In this document: positions 52,300-64,000 of the stretch, in pieces
How positions within the stretch are numbered: the first letter of the stretch is position 1
How the letters are laid out: each line of letters begins with the position of its first letter
DNA from: Schmidtea polychroa
Taxonomy: Eukaryota
Direction of reading: 5' to 3'
Assembly (NCBI GenBank): GCA_044892525.1
Contig: CM097888.1
Coordinates: forward strand, 4,960,001 to 5,024,000
DNA length: 64,000 bases
Program-made: the position numbers and the translations under genes
The notes under the pieces: generated by a model
Told to the model about the DNA's origin: nothing
Database searches by the model: none
The model's input: only the letters and a program-made list of their open reading frames with translations

Positions 52300-52960
52300 A
52301 GTTGTTGCACTAAATTATCGTTGCAAATAGTTGCCACTTCTCTTATCTGTTGACTTATACGTTCCTGGGCATCAATTTGTAATGACCGAATTGATGAAAT
52401 TCTATTGTTCTTCTGTTCTAAAGTTTCGCTTTCTCTTCTACTACCCTCAGTTTCGTCATTCCTTCTTTGAACTTGTCGCCAACGGTCAGATTCAGTTTCG
52501 TTATTCCTTTAAAGTTGTCACAAATATTCTGACATTATGCTCATCATCGAGCATTTTTAAGAATTAATTAAATAACAATATTAATATTTATTTTTATCCG
52601 TGAATAGTTAAAAATAAATTAAAATTATTAAATTTGCCATAAAATGCCAATTTGTCAAAAATATAATGCCAATTTTGGACCACACTAATGATAACTCTTT
52701 ATTTAATTCTAAACTTAACCCTTTGTATTTTAATTTTTATATCTCAATACATATTTTGCCAAGAAATTATTTATTGTTTAATCGAGCATTTTTTGACGTT
52801 CTTCTCAGATTAGCTTTTATCTCCTTAGCATTTGTCTAGCTGCATTCGCCTGCCTTCTAGCTTCACGTTGTCCTCAGTGTCATTAGAGCGTTTTTGTTGC
52901 TGTTGAATTCTGTTCTTCGCGCGCTTACGTTCCAGCTCTTCCGGACTGACTTCTTTTACC
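52300..52960 (-). pseudogene. Charged R/E/Q-rich coiled-coil relics, possibly a Helitron N-terminus
   Basis: EVSPEELERKRAKNRIQQQQKRSNDTE..QREARRQANAARQ and NETESDRWRQVQRRNDETEGSRRESET; composition-based only. Confidence 0.3.
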
Positions 52961-55767
52961 TATTTCTTAAAATAGGGCCAGTTTCGATTTGATCTGACAC
53001 CCGTACAAACAAACAAACGAATTAATGANNNNNNNNNNNNNNNNNNNNNNNNNNNNNNNNNNNNNNNNNNNNNNNNNNNNNNNNNNNNNNNNNNNNNNNN
53101 NNNNNNNNNNNNNNNNNNNNNNNNNNNNNNNNNNNNNNNNNNNNNNNNNNNNNNNNNNNNNNNNTTCTCAGATATTTTTCAAAATACTTAAATACTCCAT
53201 AAAAGTTTTAAAACATAATTTTTTTAACCAAATATACAATTTCGTTAAATAGTCTCTACTCTTTAACAATACTACAATACCTCATTTATATGTAGTAAAA
53301 ATTACTCACAATAATCAATTTAACCAAGTTCCCTACCGCTTTCCAGTACTTATATTCCCTGAAGATCACCCAAAACAATTTCATTAAAAATTTACATATT
53401 CACCGATATACATTCGACTAAATCCCCATAAATCATTCAAATACAACTTAATTACATTGCAAATTTAATATACAAGTAACCGAAGTCTTTAATATTTTAC
53501 CCCTCAAAATTAGCTTAAAATTTAAATTCTAACATAAAAATATATAAAAAAACAAATATATAAAAATCGAATTCACCCAAACCTTTAATCTTGATAACTC
53601 CTAATAATTCTGTTATATTTCCCTGGTTATTTTCTAAAAATCATTAAATGGAATACATTATTGATATCCAAGTGATTAATTTATCTAAAATTATCTTATA
53701 TCAACACAAATATATAAAATTTAATTACTTTCTAATCAAATTTAAAAAAGTTATCTATTTTTATCAATTTAAACGACCTTTGATTGGTCAGTTTCAACCA
53801 AAAGACAGTCGAATTGCTCACATTTCCAGTTTTGTAAAGGTGAAAATCTGATCAGGGAGAGAATCGATAGTGCAAAGAAATAAAAAGAGAAAAAAAGTTT
53901 GAGGTGTATAATAATAAGGGAAAAGCACAAAAATCTGAATTGTGAAAAAATCGATAAAAGATTCAAACATTCGAATTAAAATCTGGAAAATTGGTCATGT
54001 GGGGATCAAGTAACGAAGAATAATATGGTGACAATGGAATTTTCAGAAAGTGCCAGGAAGAATGAAAAACAAGAAAACGAAACTAATTAATTAATTAGTT
54101 AACTAGCAAGTAGAAAGAAATCCCGAGTTGGGTAAACAAGGAGAAAAGTAAACAGAAGGAAATTTAAGGCCCATTATCTTGTCACTATGATTAATGGGAG
54201 AAGACCAAAAGAAGATGATACACGCAGAAAAGCCCGGGCGGGTTATTAATTATTTTTGTTTGTTGGACCATTCTGGGGGACAGCCGAAGCAAGGACGTGG
54301 AGTTGAAAGTCAGACGAGAGATCGGCTCGGCAATAATCATTTGTCATCCAGATTTGGAAGACTATAAAAGGAAAAGGAAAAGGAAAATCAGAGCAAAATT
54401 GACATTTAGCCCCAGATAGGGATTTTAAGAGGAAATTTGAGAGTAGGTAACAAGAACTCATTAGAAGGATCAAGAATTAAAAAGGTGAATTTTGATATAG
54501 ATTTTTACAGAACATCAACAGCGTGCGAAGAATCAGTCAAACTTATAAAACTTTGTTGAACCATTCTGTGTTGAGTACGATACAATCTGTAATTAAATAT
54601 ACGTTTGGTAGTGTATTGTTTTGTTATTTACAATTAAAGTCAAAGGTTACCGACATATATATTTATTTATTTAGGTACATATCAAAATATGAAAGATAAA
54701 AATTATCTAGAGAAAATTATTATTTTATTTGTTTGTTTGTTGACATCAAAATGCAGTCATTGTTTGTTTAAATTTTTAAATAAAAATGATAAAATATTTT
54801 TTATTAAATAAAAAATTATATTGATCAATTTAATAGAATCTGAAAATTTAAATGTCATTGAAACTAATAATGAAATTGCTAAAACCTAGTTACAGTGAAT
54901 TGAATTTTTTTATATAACCTATTTTTTATAATAAAAAACAATGAATTAGTAATATTAAATAAAAATTTGACAATTGATAGAATTCAATACCAATCACAAC
55001 CATAAACATATTCATAAATTAAAGACAAAAACTTGAACAATGTTTATTATTCGTAACAATTTAAAATAAACCAAAGTAATTCCAAAACACAAAACAAAGT
55101 AATTCACAGAAAACGAAGATAAAATAAATAACCAGAAACGCTCAACTACTTGCGTCTCGGTTTGTACCCACCAGACAAAGCTAAATAACTTTCGCACAGA
55201 CACAACGACCGATATTGAACAATCAGGATCACATATTTTAATCTTTTATGTCCTGATTGTCGGCTTGATAAAAATTGCTCATATATCTCATCGTGATTAA
55301 TCTGAACATTTTTTACTCCAGTTACACACTTTCAAATTGATATATGATTGACTCTTAATTCAAATTGTATGCGGCGACGATTTTAGTAGTTTGGCTCATA
55401 CCCTAAAGTATAAGGCCTAAACACTAGAATAATTATCAGGATAAAATAATTGTTTTAATATCGATTTAGAACTGTTTAAAATTGAGTAGGACTACCAACT
55501 TTATCTTTTCACTGAAAGCATTCTCAGGACATAAAATACAGTCAAAATTTAGACACATTAAATATAATAGAGGAAATCTTTTTAGATTTAGATAAATTTT
55601 AATTTAAGAAATAAATTTTTTTTAATCAAAACATATTTTATTTTCTTAAATTTTTTATCCAAATATCATTATTGTCAAATTTGATATAAATATAAACAAT
55701 TATATTGATATTGATTCTGTGATCACTGTCTTAGGCTTTCACTAAGTTATCGCTAAATAGTGTTTGT

Positions 55768-55876
55768 CGTAGCCATTTTCGGTAAGTTTTTTTCCTAACG
55801 CCTCTAGCACACCTGGTACTTTTTTAACATCTTTATCGCAGATGGGATACTTAAGAAACTCCATCAATTTAATAGT
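55768..55876 (-). pseudogene. BANF1: Partial tandem copy of BAF exon 2 (5' part)
   Basis: LMEFLKYPICDKDVKKVPGVLEALGKKLTENGYDK, near-identical to 56148-56256. Confidence 0.85.
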
Positions 55877-55994
55877 AACAGTACTAAAATCTACCAAAAC
55901 TAAATCTATTGAAACAATCAATTATCCAGAAGATTATCATTGGGATTTCTGATTTCTAAAAAACAATAATGGATATAAAAGAATTCAGAAAAGG

Positions 55995-56320
55995 CTAACA
56001 TAAAATTAGTTTAGCCCATGCATCCATTGCTTCGAAGCAATCACTAGATTGCTTGGCTTTGCAGCCTATTAGTTGTTTCTTCCACTCTTCAAAATTTGAC
56101 TTATCTCTTTTAAAATATAAATATCTACTAAATAGTAAATAGGCTTTGTCGTAGCCATTTTCGGTAAGTTTTTTTCCTAACGCCTCTCCCACGCCTGGTA
56201 CTTCTTTAACATCTTTATCGCAGATGGGATACTTAAGAAACTCCATCAATTTAATAGTTGAAATCTAAATTTAATTTAAAATAATTCTTTTAAATAAAAA
56301 TATAATATAATTACCATCAT
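55995..56320 (-). CDS. BANF1: Barrier-to-autointegration factor homologue, 2 exons, 91 aa
   Basis: Exon 1 ATGATG (56320-56315), intron GTAATT..TTAG (56314-56265), exon 2 56264-55995. PGVGEALGKKLTENGYDKAY..KRDKSNFEEW..GCKAKQSSDCF aligns to BAF AGIGEVLGKKLEERGFDKAY..ANAKQSRDCF. Confidence 0.9.
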
Positions 56321-57879
56321 AATATAATTTTCAAATAAAATTTTATAAAATATAATTTTAAACAATTATATTGATATTGATTCTGTGATCACTGTCCTTA
56401 TACTAATAAAATATCGATTGAAAATGATTAATTCTTATTTTCATGCTAACTTTTCCATGATTTTACCAATAAGATCTGTAATTTGTAATATTAGATGATT
56501 AGGAAAAATCTACATATAAAGGTTTGTATATTAAAATAATTCTGTTAACTTTTGCCTTCACCACAAATTCTAGTTTTATATTGTGTTATTTTCACTGAAC
56601 TACAGTGTAATATTGAATGATAAATAATGATACCCTATTTTCTGATTTTTAACCAATTTTAACTCAAAAATAAAAATGAGATTATTATAGTTGTATCTGA
56701 TTTAATGGTTTTTTAGAGAATCAAAAAATAATTATATTATTGCGTCGATTTTTACGAGCTTTATATAGTTTTTAATGTGAAATTTCCAAATATTTTTAAA
56801 AAATAAATATAATATATTAATATATTGCCTGCTAGAAAATTTAGATTAAAATGCTCGTAACTCCACAATGATTGAGTTAAGGCCATCAGTTCATAAGACA
56901 CTTTCGTCTTAAAATGATCTCCGTTATATAGTGATCGATTCGATAGGCTAAGTTAATAAAGTTGTTACTGGCTATTCTTTCGTTAATATTTGTGCAATTT
57001 GTAGGTCAATTAATTTAATACTTTTATAAATAGCCAATCTAAATATACATTTCCAAATTCAATTGATGTCACACACATATAGATAGATTTATTTATTTGT
57101 ATTCAAACAGCCTTCATTGCTTCTATCTTCTTAACCCAGATGTTGCCAAAACTATTTTATTCAAAAAAAAACATAAAATTAGTAAAATCTTATTTAAAGT
57201 AGCTAAATAAAGTTATTTTACTTTGAATTTTTTTTTATGATTACAAAGAAGTTAACTGGTCAAGACTTGTAATTGTGATGTGCTAAACACATTCTTATTA
57301 TAGATATCTCTAAATAACTAGCGTATGCAAAATTAAAAAAATATATAAGGAGCGTTCTTTTAAAAGGACGGTGGCAACATTTGGATTAATACCACAACTT
57401 CGCAAATCTACAATTTCAAATATTTCTCACCGTTACTGACAGATGTTTTAGTTTTTCAAAAATCATTATAAATTAATTTGTTTAAAATGTGAATCAACTT
57501 ACATAGATAAAACACATAAAACTTTTCACACGTGACTCAATGAACACATCATAAACAAAACCAGTAATTACCACGAATATTGGAGAAAATACATAAGATG
57601 GCACTATCTATTAACTAAACAAAATTCCAACTTTTACAAGACGGATTTAAAAACACTTTACAAAGTCTTGCTGTCGAAATCTTGTTCATCAAAAAGCAAA
57701 CTCCCTCCATCAACATTTAGCTCGCATAGAACCATAACTTTTTATTGTCCTAATTTCCTTTTTTTAATTAAATTAAATTAGTATATAATATTTAGTCAAT
57801 ATTTACCTAGCTGGTGCCTTGAGTTCAATCAATTAGTTTCAATTTTATTAATTTCATTCAATGAGTATTGTTTCGACCA

Positions 57880-58300
57880 GACAGATGGAGGAATAAATTT
57901 TCCATCTGACTTGCTGTGTGCGTTGGTGTTTCGGTTTTGTCGCGTCTGTGTGCGCATGATTGTAAATTTATCAACATTTGAATTATGGAATACTTCTTCT
58001 GGAATCAAAATTTTGAAAATTATTGATATTCTTGTTGTTTTAATTTGATGCATATAAATTTTAAAGCATCATTTTAAAAATCTCTATTTAAAACAAATTC
58101 TACTCGAACCTTCCAAAAAACAAACTTCTACAAACAACAATCAAATCACATTTAAAAATAGAAATCAAAATGTACCAATTCTTCGCGTCTGTGTGCGCAC
58201 ATCAATTTGACAACAATTCCGCACACAGACGCGACAAAAATCAAAACCAAAACTGCCAGTCAGAGGTAGACGTCATTCCCTCCTCTGACTGGTCGAAACA
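57880..58300. repeat. Inverted-repeat (MITE-like) unit containing CGCGTCTGTGTGCGC motifs
   Basis: 57880-57955 is an imperfect reverse complement of 58222-58300; each arm has an internal hairpin next to TCGAAAC. Confidence 0.7.
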
Positions 58301-58479
58301 GAGATAATATATCAACACGGGTGCTTATTTTGAATTTCATGATGAGGAGAACAATGCTGCAGTTCGAAACAAACATTATGGAATTGCGCTCCATCTATAT
58401 TTACGAGGATTGCTATGTCGTTAGAGACTGATGACGAGGAGAATATTCGATAGGGTAATGTTGTGAAATTTGATTGGTC

Positions 58480-58770
58480 TCATAAAACACAAAGATAACA
58501 AAACTCGTAGTTTCAAAGAAAGAATGGCTCAAGCTTATGATTATGCAGTAGATAAAATGGGTTTGGATTTAGAGTCTTTTCCTATTTGGTCAGATTATAT
58601 AAATTTCTTAAAACCAACTCAAGTCAAAAGACAATTGCTACACGTTGAATCTATCATGGGAATATTGTTACTTCATTGCTTCGTATTGAGACAATTTGGA
58701 GAGATTATAATGCTTTCGAAACTTCTATTAATAGCGTCATCGCTGAGAGATTTATCGAAGTGTTGGGCTG
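58480..58770 (+). pseudogene. CSTF3: CstF-77 (CSTF3/RNA14) HAT-repeat fragment, deleted and frameshifted
   Basis: SFKERMAQAYDYAVDKMG..IWSDYINFLK, then in another frame IYHGNIVTSLLRIETIWRDYNAFETSIN..AERFIE. Both match CSTF3 (KEKMAQAYDFALDKIG..IWVDYINFLK..IEQLWRDY). Confidence 0.85.
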
Positions 58771-59086
58771 AGTCGAAGGGTATCTAAGAAATTAGGTTAA
58801 GCATAACTAATTAAAGTAAAAATAAAATAAACAAATTTACGAACAAAATAGAATAGGATATAAGAAAAAACAATAATTAGAAAATAAGAATTAAAACAAA
58901 AAATATAAAAATAAGAAAAATTAAAATAGGACAATAGAATGACGAAAAATAACGTAAAATATAGTAAATAATAAGGAAATTAAAGAAAATAAATAAAAAT
59001 ACAATAAAAATAAAGAAAATAGGAAGAAATAACTCAAAAAAAAGAAAAATAAATTAAAGTAATAAAATTAAGCGGTACTCAATTCT

Positions 59087-59330
59087 GATTGGTCCGCGTA
59101 AACAAAAAATTAATATATAAGCAGGCATTAAAATCATAATGATTACTGGTGAATTATTAGCTCAATGCGCGTCTGTGTGCGCGTTGTATTGTGTGACGAA
59201 TTTGTGTGCGCACACAGACGCGAGCAATGTAATTTTTTATGTTGGGTTTTTAGTTGATCTCGCGCCTGTGTGCGCTTTTCTTTTCTTTGTTTTGGCTGTG
59301 TGCGCACACAGACGCGAGCAAGAGGTAATT
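59087..59330 (+). promoter_or_regulatory. ATTGG (reverse CCAAT) and TATA-like boxes followed by two GC-rich hairpins
   Basis: TGATTGG at about 59087 and TATATAAG at about 59114. Two inverted pairs CGCG(T/C)CTGTGTGCGC...GCGCACACAGACGCG lie at 59168-59222 and 59260-59317. Confidence 0.45.
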
Positions 59331-59491
59331 TTCAATTTTGTTAAATTAGGTGAGTTGTTAATCTTTTAGTTTTAGATTTTTATCGATTTTTGAATTTGTT
59401 AATGGTATGGAATTGAAGTTAGCTGGAATTTTATCGACGTTTTGAATGAAGGAGGATTAGTTGGTATTGTGACTATTGCAAAAAAAGAGAG

Positions 59492-60088
59492 TTGTTAAAG
59501 ATGGCAATGGAACTCGAGTTGGTGAATTCTTATGGATTTGGGTTTTCGTTTTGTATTATGAGCTTCCGATTAAAGATGGCATCATCTAAATATAACGGGG
59601 GATTGATGGATCTCGATGATTTAGTGGCAAGGTTGAATAGAACCCGCAGCAAAATGGAAATAGAAACTATTTGTAAAGATGATGTTATCAGATCTATCAA
59701 ATCTATTAAAATTCTGGGTAATGGATTCTCTCTAATCACATCATCTCGAGACCGGCAATTAGTTCAATCTGTACCTGATCAAAATGGCCGAATCGATATT
59801 GTTTTGTGTTCAGAAAGGAATAATATGAGATCAAATTTATGTGTAGCTACACAAAGACAGGTTCCAAATAAAATGATTGAGAAGAGTTCAGCTACGAGAT
59901 TGTTTAATATTACTGAAAGTACTGGAGGTGTTATGACTGGTATGATCCCTGATTATCGATCTCAAGTATGTCGTGCACAAATGGAAGCAGCTCGATTTAG
60001 ATATAAACATGGATATGAAAATAAAATGTTTATGTGTTATTATGAATTCGCGATTGAACAATTACCGTTAATCCAACAACTTCAATAG
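59492..60088 (+). CDS. Chimeric ORF: SNF8/VPS22 fragment fused in frame to a proteasome alpha (PSMA6-like) fragment
   Basis: 59594-59776 NGGLMDLDDL..DDVIRSIKSIKILGNGF..LVQSVP resembles SNF8. 59840-60019 TQRQVPNKMI..LFNITE..VMTGMIPDYRSQV.RA..EAA.F.YK.GYE resembles PSMA6. Expression unknown. Confidence 0.75.
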   Translation: MLKMAMELELVNSYGFGFSFCIMSFRLKMASSKYNGGLMDLDDLVARLNRTRSKMEIETICKDDVIRSIKSIKILGNGFSLITSSRDRQLVQSVPDQNGRIDIVLCSERNNMRSNLCVATQRQVPNKMIEKSSATRLFNITESTGGVMTGMIPDYRSQVCRAQMEAARFRYKHGYENKMFMCYYEFAIEQLPLIQQLQ

Positions 60089-61149
60089 GTAAGTAAATTT
60101 TAAAATTACTATGACCGTTAATCCAACAACTTCAATAGATAAATTTTCCGAAGAAACAGTAACTCACAGTTATCTAAACGTAAAATACTCACAGTTAAAC
60201 ACAACCTTACAGATAGCAAATCACAGCAACTTACAAGGACTAATCCAGGATCCAAGAAACTTCAGCCAAGCAACAGTTGAATCTATTCAATATTCGAGAA
60301 TTAATTAATTCGACCCAGTACTTTTTCGACTCAGCCTATACACTCGTACTAAACACTCGGTAAGGAATTTTTAATTTTATATTTAGACCTTTTGAGTAAT
60401 AATTATGTATATGTATGAACTAATTATAATTTTAATTTAAAAGACCTTGTTTTCTTTCGTTTGATTCACAGTAATTTGCTTAAATTAAATGATTTAATTG
60501 TGTAAGTATTAACAATAAATGATTTACTCTGTATTATTGATTCTTATGAATTATTGATTTGTATAAATTATTATTTGATGCTTCTAAAATTTTGGAGAAA
60601 CGTGGCGTTGAGATACTCCATGTCATGGTGTGAGGTGCCTTCGGGAGCTCAGCCGGTGGACATGGGGTTTTTCAATCACGCAGCTGATTCAGGCCGTAAT
60701 GTGGGGACTTCCTCACGGGTCCGTCGCTGAAGGTGCGACTAAATTCTATAGGAAAATTATGCTAGAAAATTGGTAGTCCTGCAGTGATCGAAAGCATAGA
60801 TGTATAAATAAATGAATAGGAGAATTTTTGTATATTCGCGCAGTGATTGAGGGTGTCGCACTATTGTATCATAGCATCGTCTTTACCAAGCTCAAATTGT
60901 CTCTATCATCCGAAAGATCTATGCAAGGCTTTCGTCAAAACTGTCTAAACATTTGTAGTACCATATGTGACATATTATCGGTGTTCAGGATTTCACTCGA
61001 AATTTATTCCTGCAATTTTCAGCCTACGAACCTTCGTAACTGCTATTTTCATCGTCTATATGTTCTCCTAAAGACGTGTATGTATGGAATCACATAAATA
61101 GTTTCAAAAAATTTTCAAAACGTAAAATACAAATAAATCTGATCAGGAA

Positions 61150-61450
61150 AAATTTATTTCAAAAAACAATTTAGCATGATAATTCTTACATATCGAATAT
61201 AAAATATCTGCATTTCGTCGAGTTGAAAATCCAGCGATGAGATAGGCAATAAATTCCCAAATCGACATGAACAGTTGGTATACGTTGACAGTGATGGAGG
61301 GCCACGAGTTGAGAATTTGAGTAGTTGCATAATCCGTCCTCGAAGCGAATTATATCCAACAATAGTGATGCGAAAAATCTTGCTATTCCAAAATTTCCAT
61401 GAGAGATAGCATGCCAACATCGTGTGAAGTAGAGTTTGGGCATTTACACA
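61150..61450 (-). pseudogene. Possible highly decayed reverse transcriptase fragment
   Basis: GPPSLS..FYIRYVR weakly recalls GSPLSP..YxRYVDD of Penelope-type RT. Confidence 0.25.
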
Positions 61451-62699
61451 GCTTGTCAGTCAGGATTACATTCCATAGAGAGAATACACATGCATGCATA
61501 CACAGGCACATAATGAAAATTCCAGACTGAGAATACCAGTCAGTGACTATGACCAAGTATAGGTGGGTGAGAACAAATTTTCATGCGTCACCTGTTTTAG
61601 AATCGTTGCAGTGTCTAATCGCAGTGTGTAGATTCACACTGACTATTAATCACGGAGAATCATACCTGACGCGTCAGCTGAAATTTTCATTTACTAAATC
61701 AGACCACTGACAGCCAATAGAATTCCCACCGGTCGGAAATAATAGACAGCAGTCAAACAGTCATTTTGAGTCCACTTGGTTGGATTTATTTATTTATCTA
61801 TTTTTAACAAATTCCTGTTTATCATAAATAATTAATTTAAAATTAATCGACCTATTTACATATAGATATATACATCGAAACTATTGGTTTTTGAATAATC
61901 CTGTAATTTAATTCGAACTCTTCAAATGCTATCTACTATTTTTCAAGCAGATTGACTAAATCGTAATTTCATCAACACATAATTTTCCTTATCCATGGTA
62001 ATACCTTACTTTCATTGAGTAAAATCGTGCATGACTGATTTATTTTTCTTATGAATAATGACCCAAGGTGGGCAGAGGTCCATAGCGTAGAGGGATTTCT
62101 TCGGCTAATAAACCCGTTTTGTCTGTGAAACTATCTATGATCAGTAAAGTATAATTGTGACCGGATGACGACGTTTCTAACTTGACTTAATTTATTTTAT
62201 TTCCATCTTTTCTTCACAGCTATGCGATGGGCGACAGAATGAAAAGACGTAAGTCCTTCTATCGGCAGTCAGGGGTAGGAAGTCGAGGCCTCAGTAAGGA
62301 GTAGTCCGAAGGAGATGGCTCACCTGCTTACTGGCGTCTCGCCGGCATAGCACAGTTCCAACGTGAAGTGATTCACGGGTGCTATGTTGGAGGGTAGGTT
62401 ATGTACGGGCCCTGCTCGGGGATGACGAAATAAGGACGAGCGTAATCAAAGTGGGCATTCATCCTCTAGGCTAAACATGGAACTAAGGGTGGTCATCCGA
62501 GTAGTACCCGCAACAGAAGGGATGAGTAGGGATTATCTGAACGCCAGGCGATTTCAAAATGGTCAAACTCGATAACAGGATTTGTTGGATTATAAACTTG
62601 GAGCCAAGCAAATGATGGTTGATAAAAATAGAAATTTTAGTAATTTTGATTTATTCAATGAGCATCATTTAACTTCAACGAATATTTTCTTTTAAGGAC

Positions 62700-64000
62700 C
62701 AATCTATTTGTTAGTACATAGTTGTTTGTATTTGTTAGTAAGTAATTGGTAGGTGGTTGTAAGTACTTGGTATCTGGTTGATAACTCATTGTTGGTACTT
62801 GGTATCTGGTTGTTGGTAATTAGTATCTGGTTGATTGGTAGTTGGTTGTTAGAAGCTGGTTGTTAGTGGCTGGTTGTTAGTATCTGGTTGTTAGTATCTG
62901 GTTGTTAGTATCTGGTTGTTAGTATCTGGTTGTTAGTATCTGGTTGTTAGTATCTGGTTGTTAGTATCTGGTTGATAACTCATTGTTGGTACTTGGTATC
63001 TGGTTGTAGGTAATTAGTATCTGGTTGATAACTGATTGTTGGTAGTTGGTAGCTGGTTGTTAGTGGCTGGTTGTTAGTGGCTGGTTGTTAGTGGCTGGTT
63101 GTTAGTATCTGGTTGTTAGTATCTGGTTGATAACTCATTGTTGGTACTTGGTAGCTGGTTGTAGGTAATTAGTATCTTGTTGATAACTGATTGTTGGTAC
63201 TTGGTAGCTGGTTGTAGGTAATTAGTATCTGGTTGTAAGTATCTGGTTATAGGTAGTTGGTATCTAGTGGTTAGTACTTGGTATCTGGTTGTAGGTAATT
63301 AGTATCTGGTTGATAACTGATTGTTAGTACTTGGTAGCTGGTTGTTAGTATCTGGTTGTAGGTAATTAGTATCTTGTTGATAACTGATTGTTGGTACTTG
63401 GTAGCTGGTTGTTAGTATCTGGTTGTAAGTAGTTGGTATCTAGTTGTTAGTACTTGGTATCTGGTTGTAGGTAATCAGTATCTGGTTGATAACTGATTGT
63501 TGGTACTTGGTAGCTGGTTGTTAGTATCTGGTTGTAAGTAGTTGGTATCTAGTTGTTAGTACTTGGTATCTGGTTGTAGGTAATCAGTATCTGGTTGATA
63601 ACTGATTGTTAGTACTTGGTAGCTTGTTGTTAGTATCTGGTTGTAAGTAGTTGGTATCTAGTTGTTAGTACTTGGTATCTGGTTGTAGGTAATCAGTATC
63701 TGGTTGATAACTGATTGTAAGTACTTGGTAGCTGGTTGTTAGTATCTGGTTGTAAGTAGTTGGTATCTAGTTGTTAGTACTTGGTATCTGGTTGTAGGTA
63801 ATCAGTATCTGGTTGATAACTGATTGTTGGTACTTGGTAGCTGGTTGTTAGTATCTGGTTGTAAGTAGTTGGTATCTAGTTGTTAGTACTTGGTATCTGG
63901 TTGTAAGTAATCAGTATCTGGTTGATAACTGATTGTTAGTATTTGGTAGCTGGTTGTTAGTATCTGGTTTTTAGTATCTGGTTGTTAGTATCTGGTTGTT
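62700..64000. repeat. Satellite of 14-bp units (TAGTATCTGGTTGT) with a 109-bp higher-order repeat
   Basis: Pure 14-mers at about 62880-62970. GGTTGTAAGTA recurs at 63421, 63530, 63639, 63748 and 63857 (period 109). Runs off the window end. Confidence 0.95.

Noticed and set aside
60630-60655. GTGCCTTCGGGAGC resembling a bacterial 16S rRNA hairpin
   Set aside because: Only a UUCG tetraloop; the flanks show no rRNA similarity.

Overview
Very AT-rich eukaryotic, most likely animal (invertebrate), genomic window with four assembly gaps (17546-17865, 27531-27717, 51763-51993, 53029-53164). The organism cannot be determined from sequence alone. Most of the window is decayed, nested transposons: Polinton/Maverick remnants (PLA2, pPolB, major capsid, terminal-repeat mini-element), several hAT, piggyBac, MULE and pogo/Tigger elements, a Ginger2-like integrase element, Penelope and Ty3/gypsy relics. 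One pogo (DD35D) element has an intact transposase ORF. Host-type genes are a spliced Gfo/Idh/MocA (myo-inositol dehydrogenase-like) gene, an intronless secreted-type protein and a spliced BAF (barrier-to-autointegration factor) gene with two extra partial copies, one between two piggyBac-like ends. There are also fragments of conserved housekeeping genes (TOP2, CSTF3, and an in-frame SNF8-PSMA6 chimera), a decayed CRESS-DNA-virus-like Rep, two Pol III-like units next to the Polinton capsid gene, and two hammerhead-like cores next to Penelope relics. All family assignments come from motifs I recognised by eye; no database search was run.
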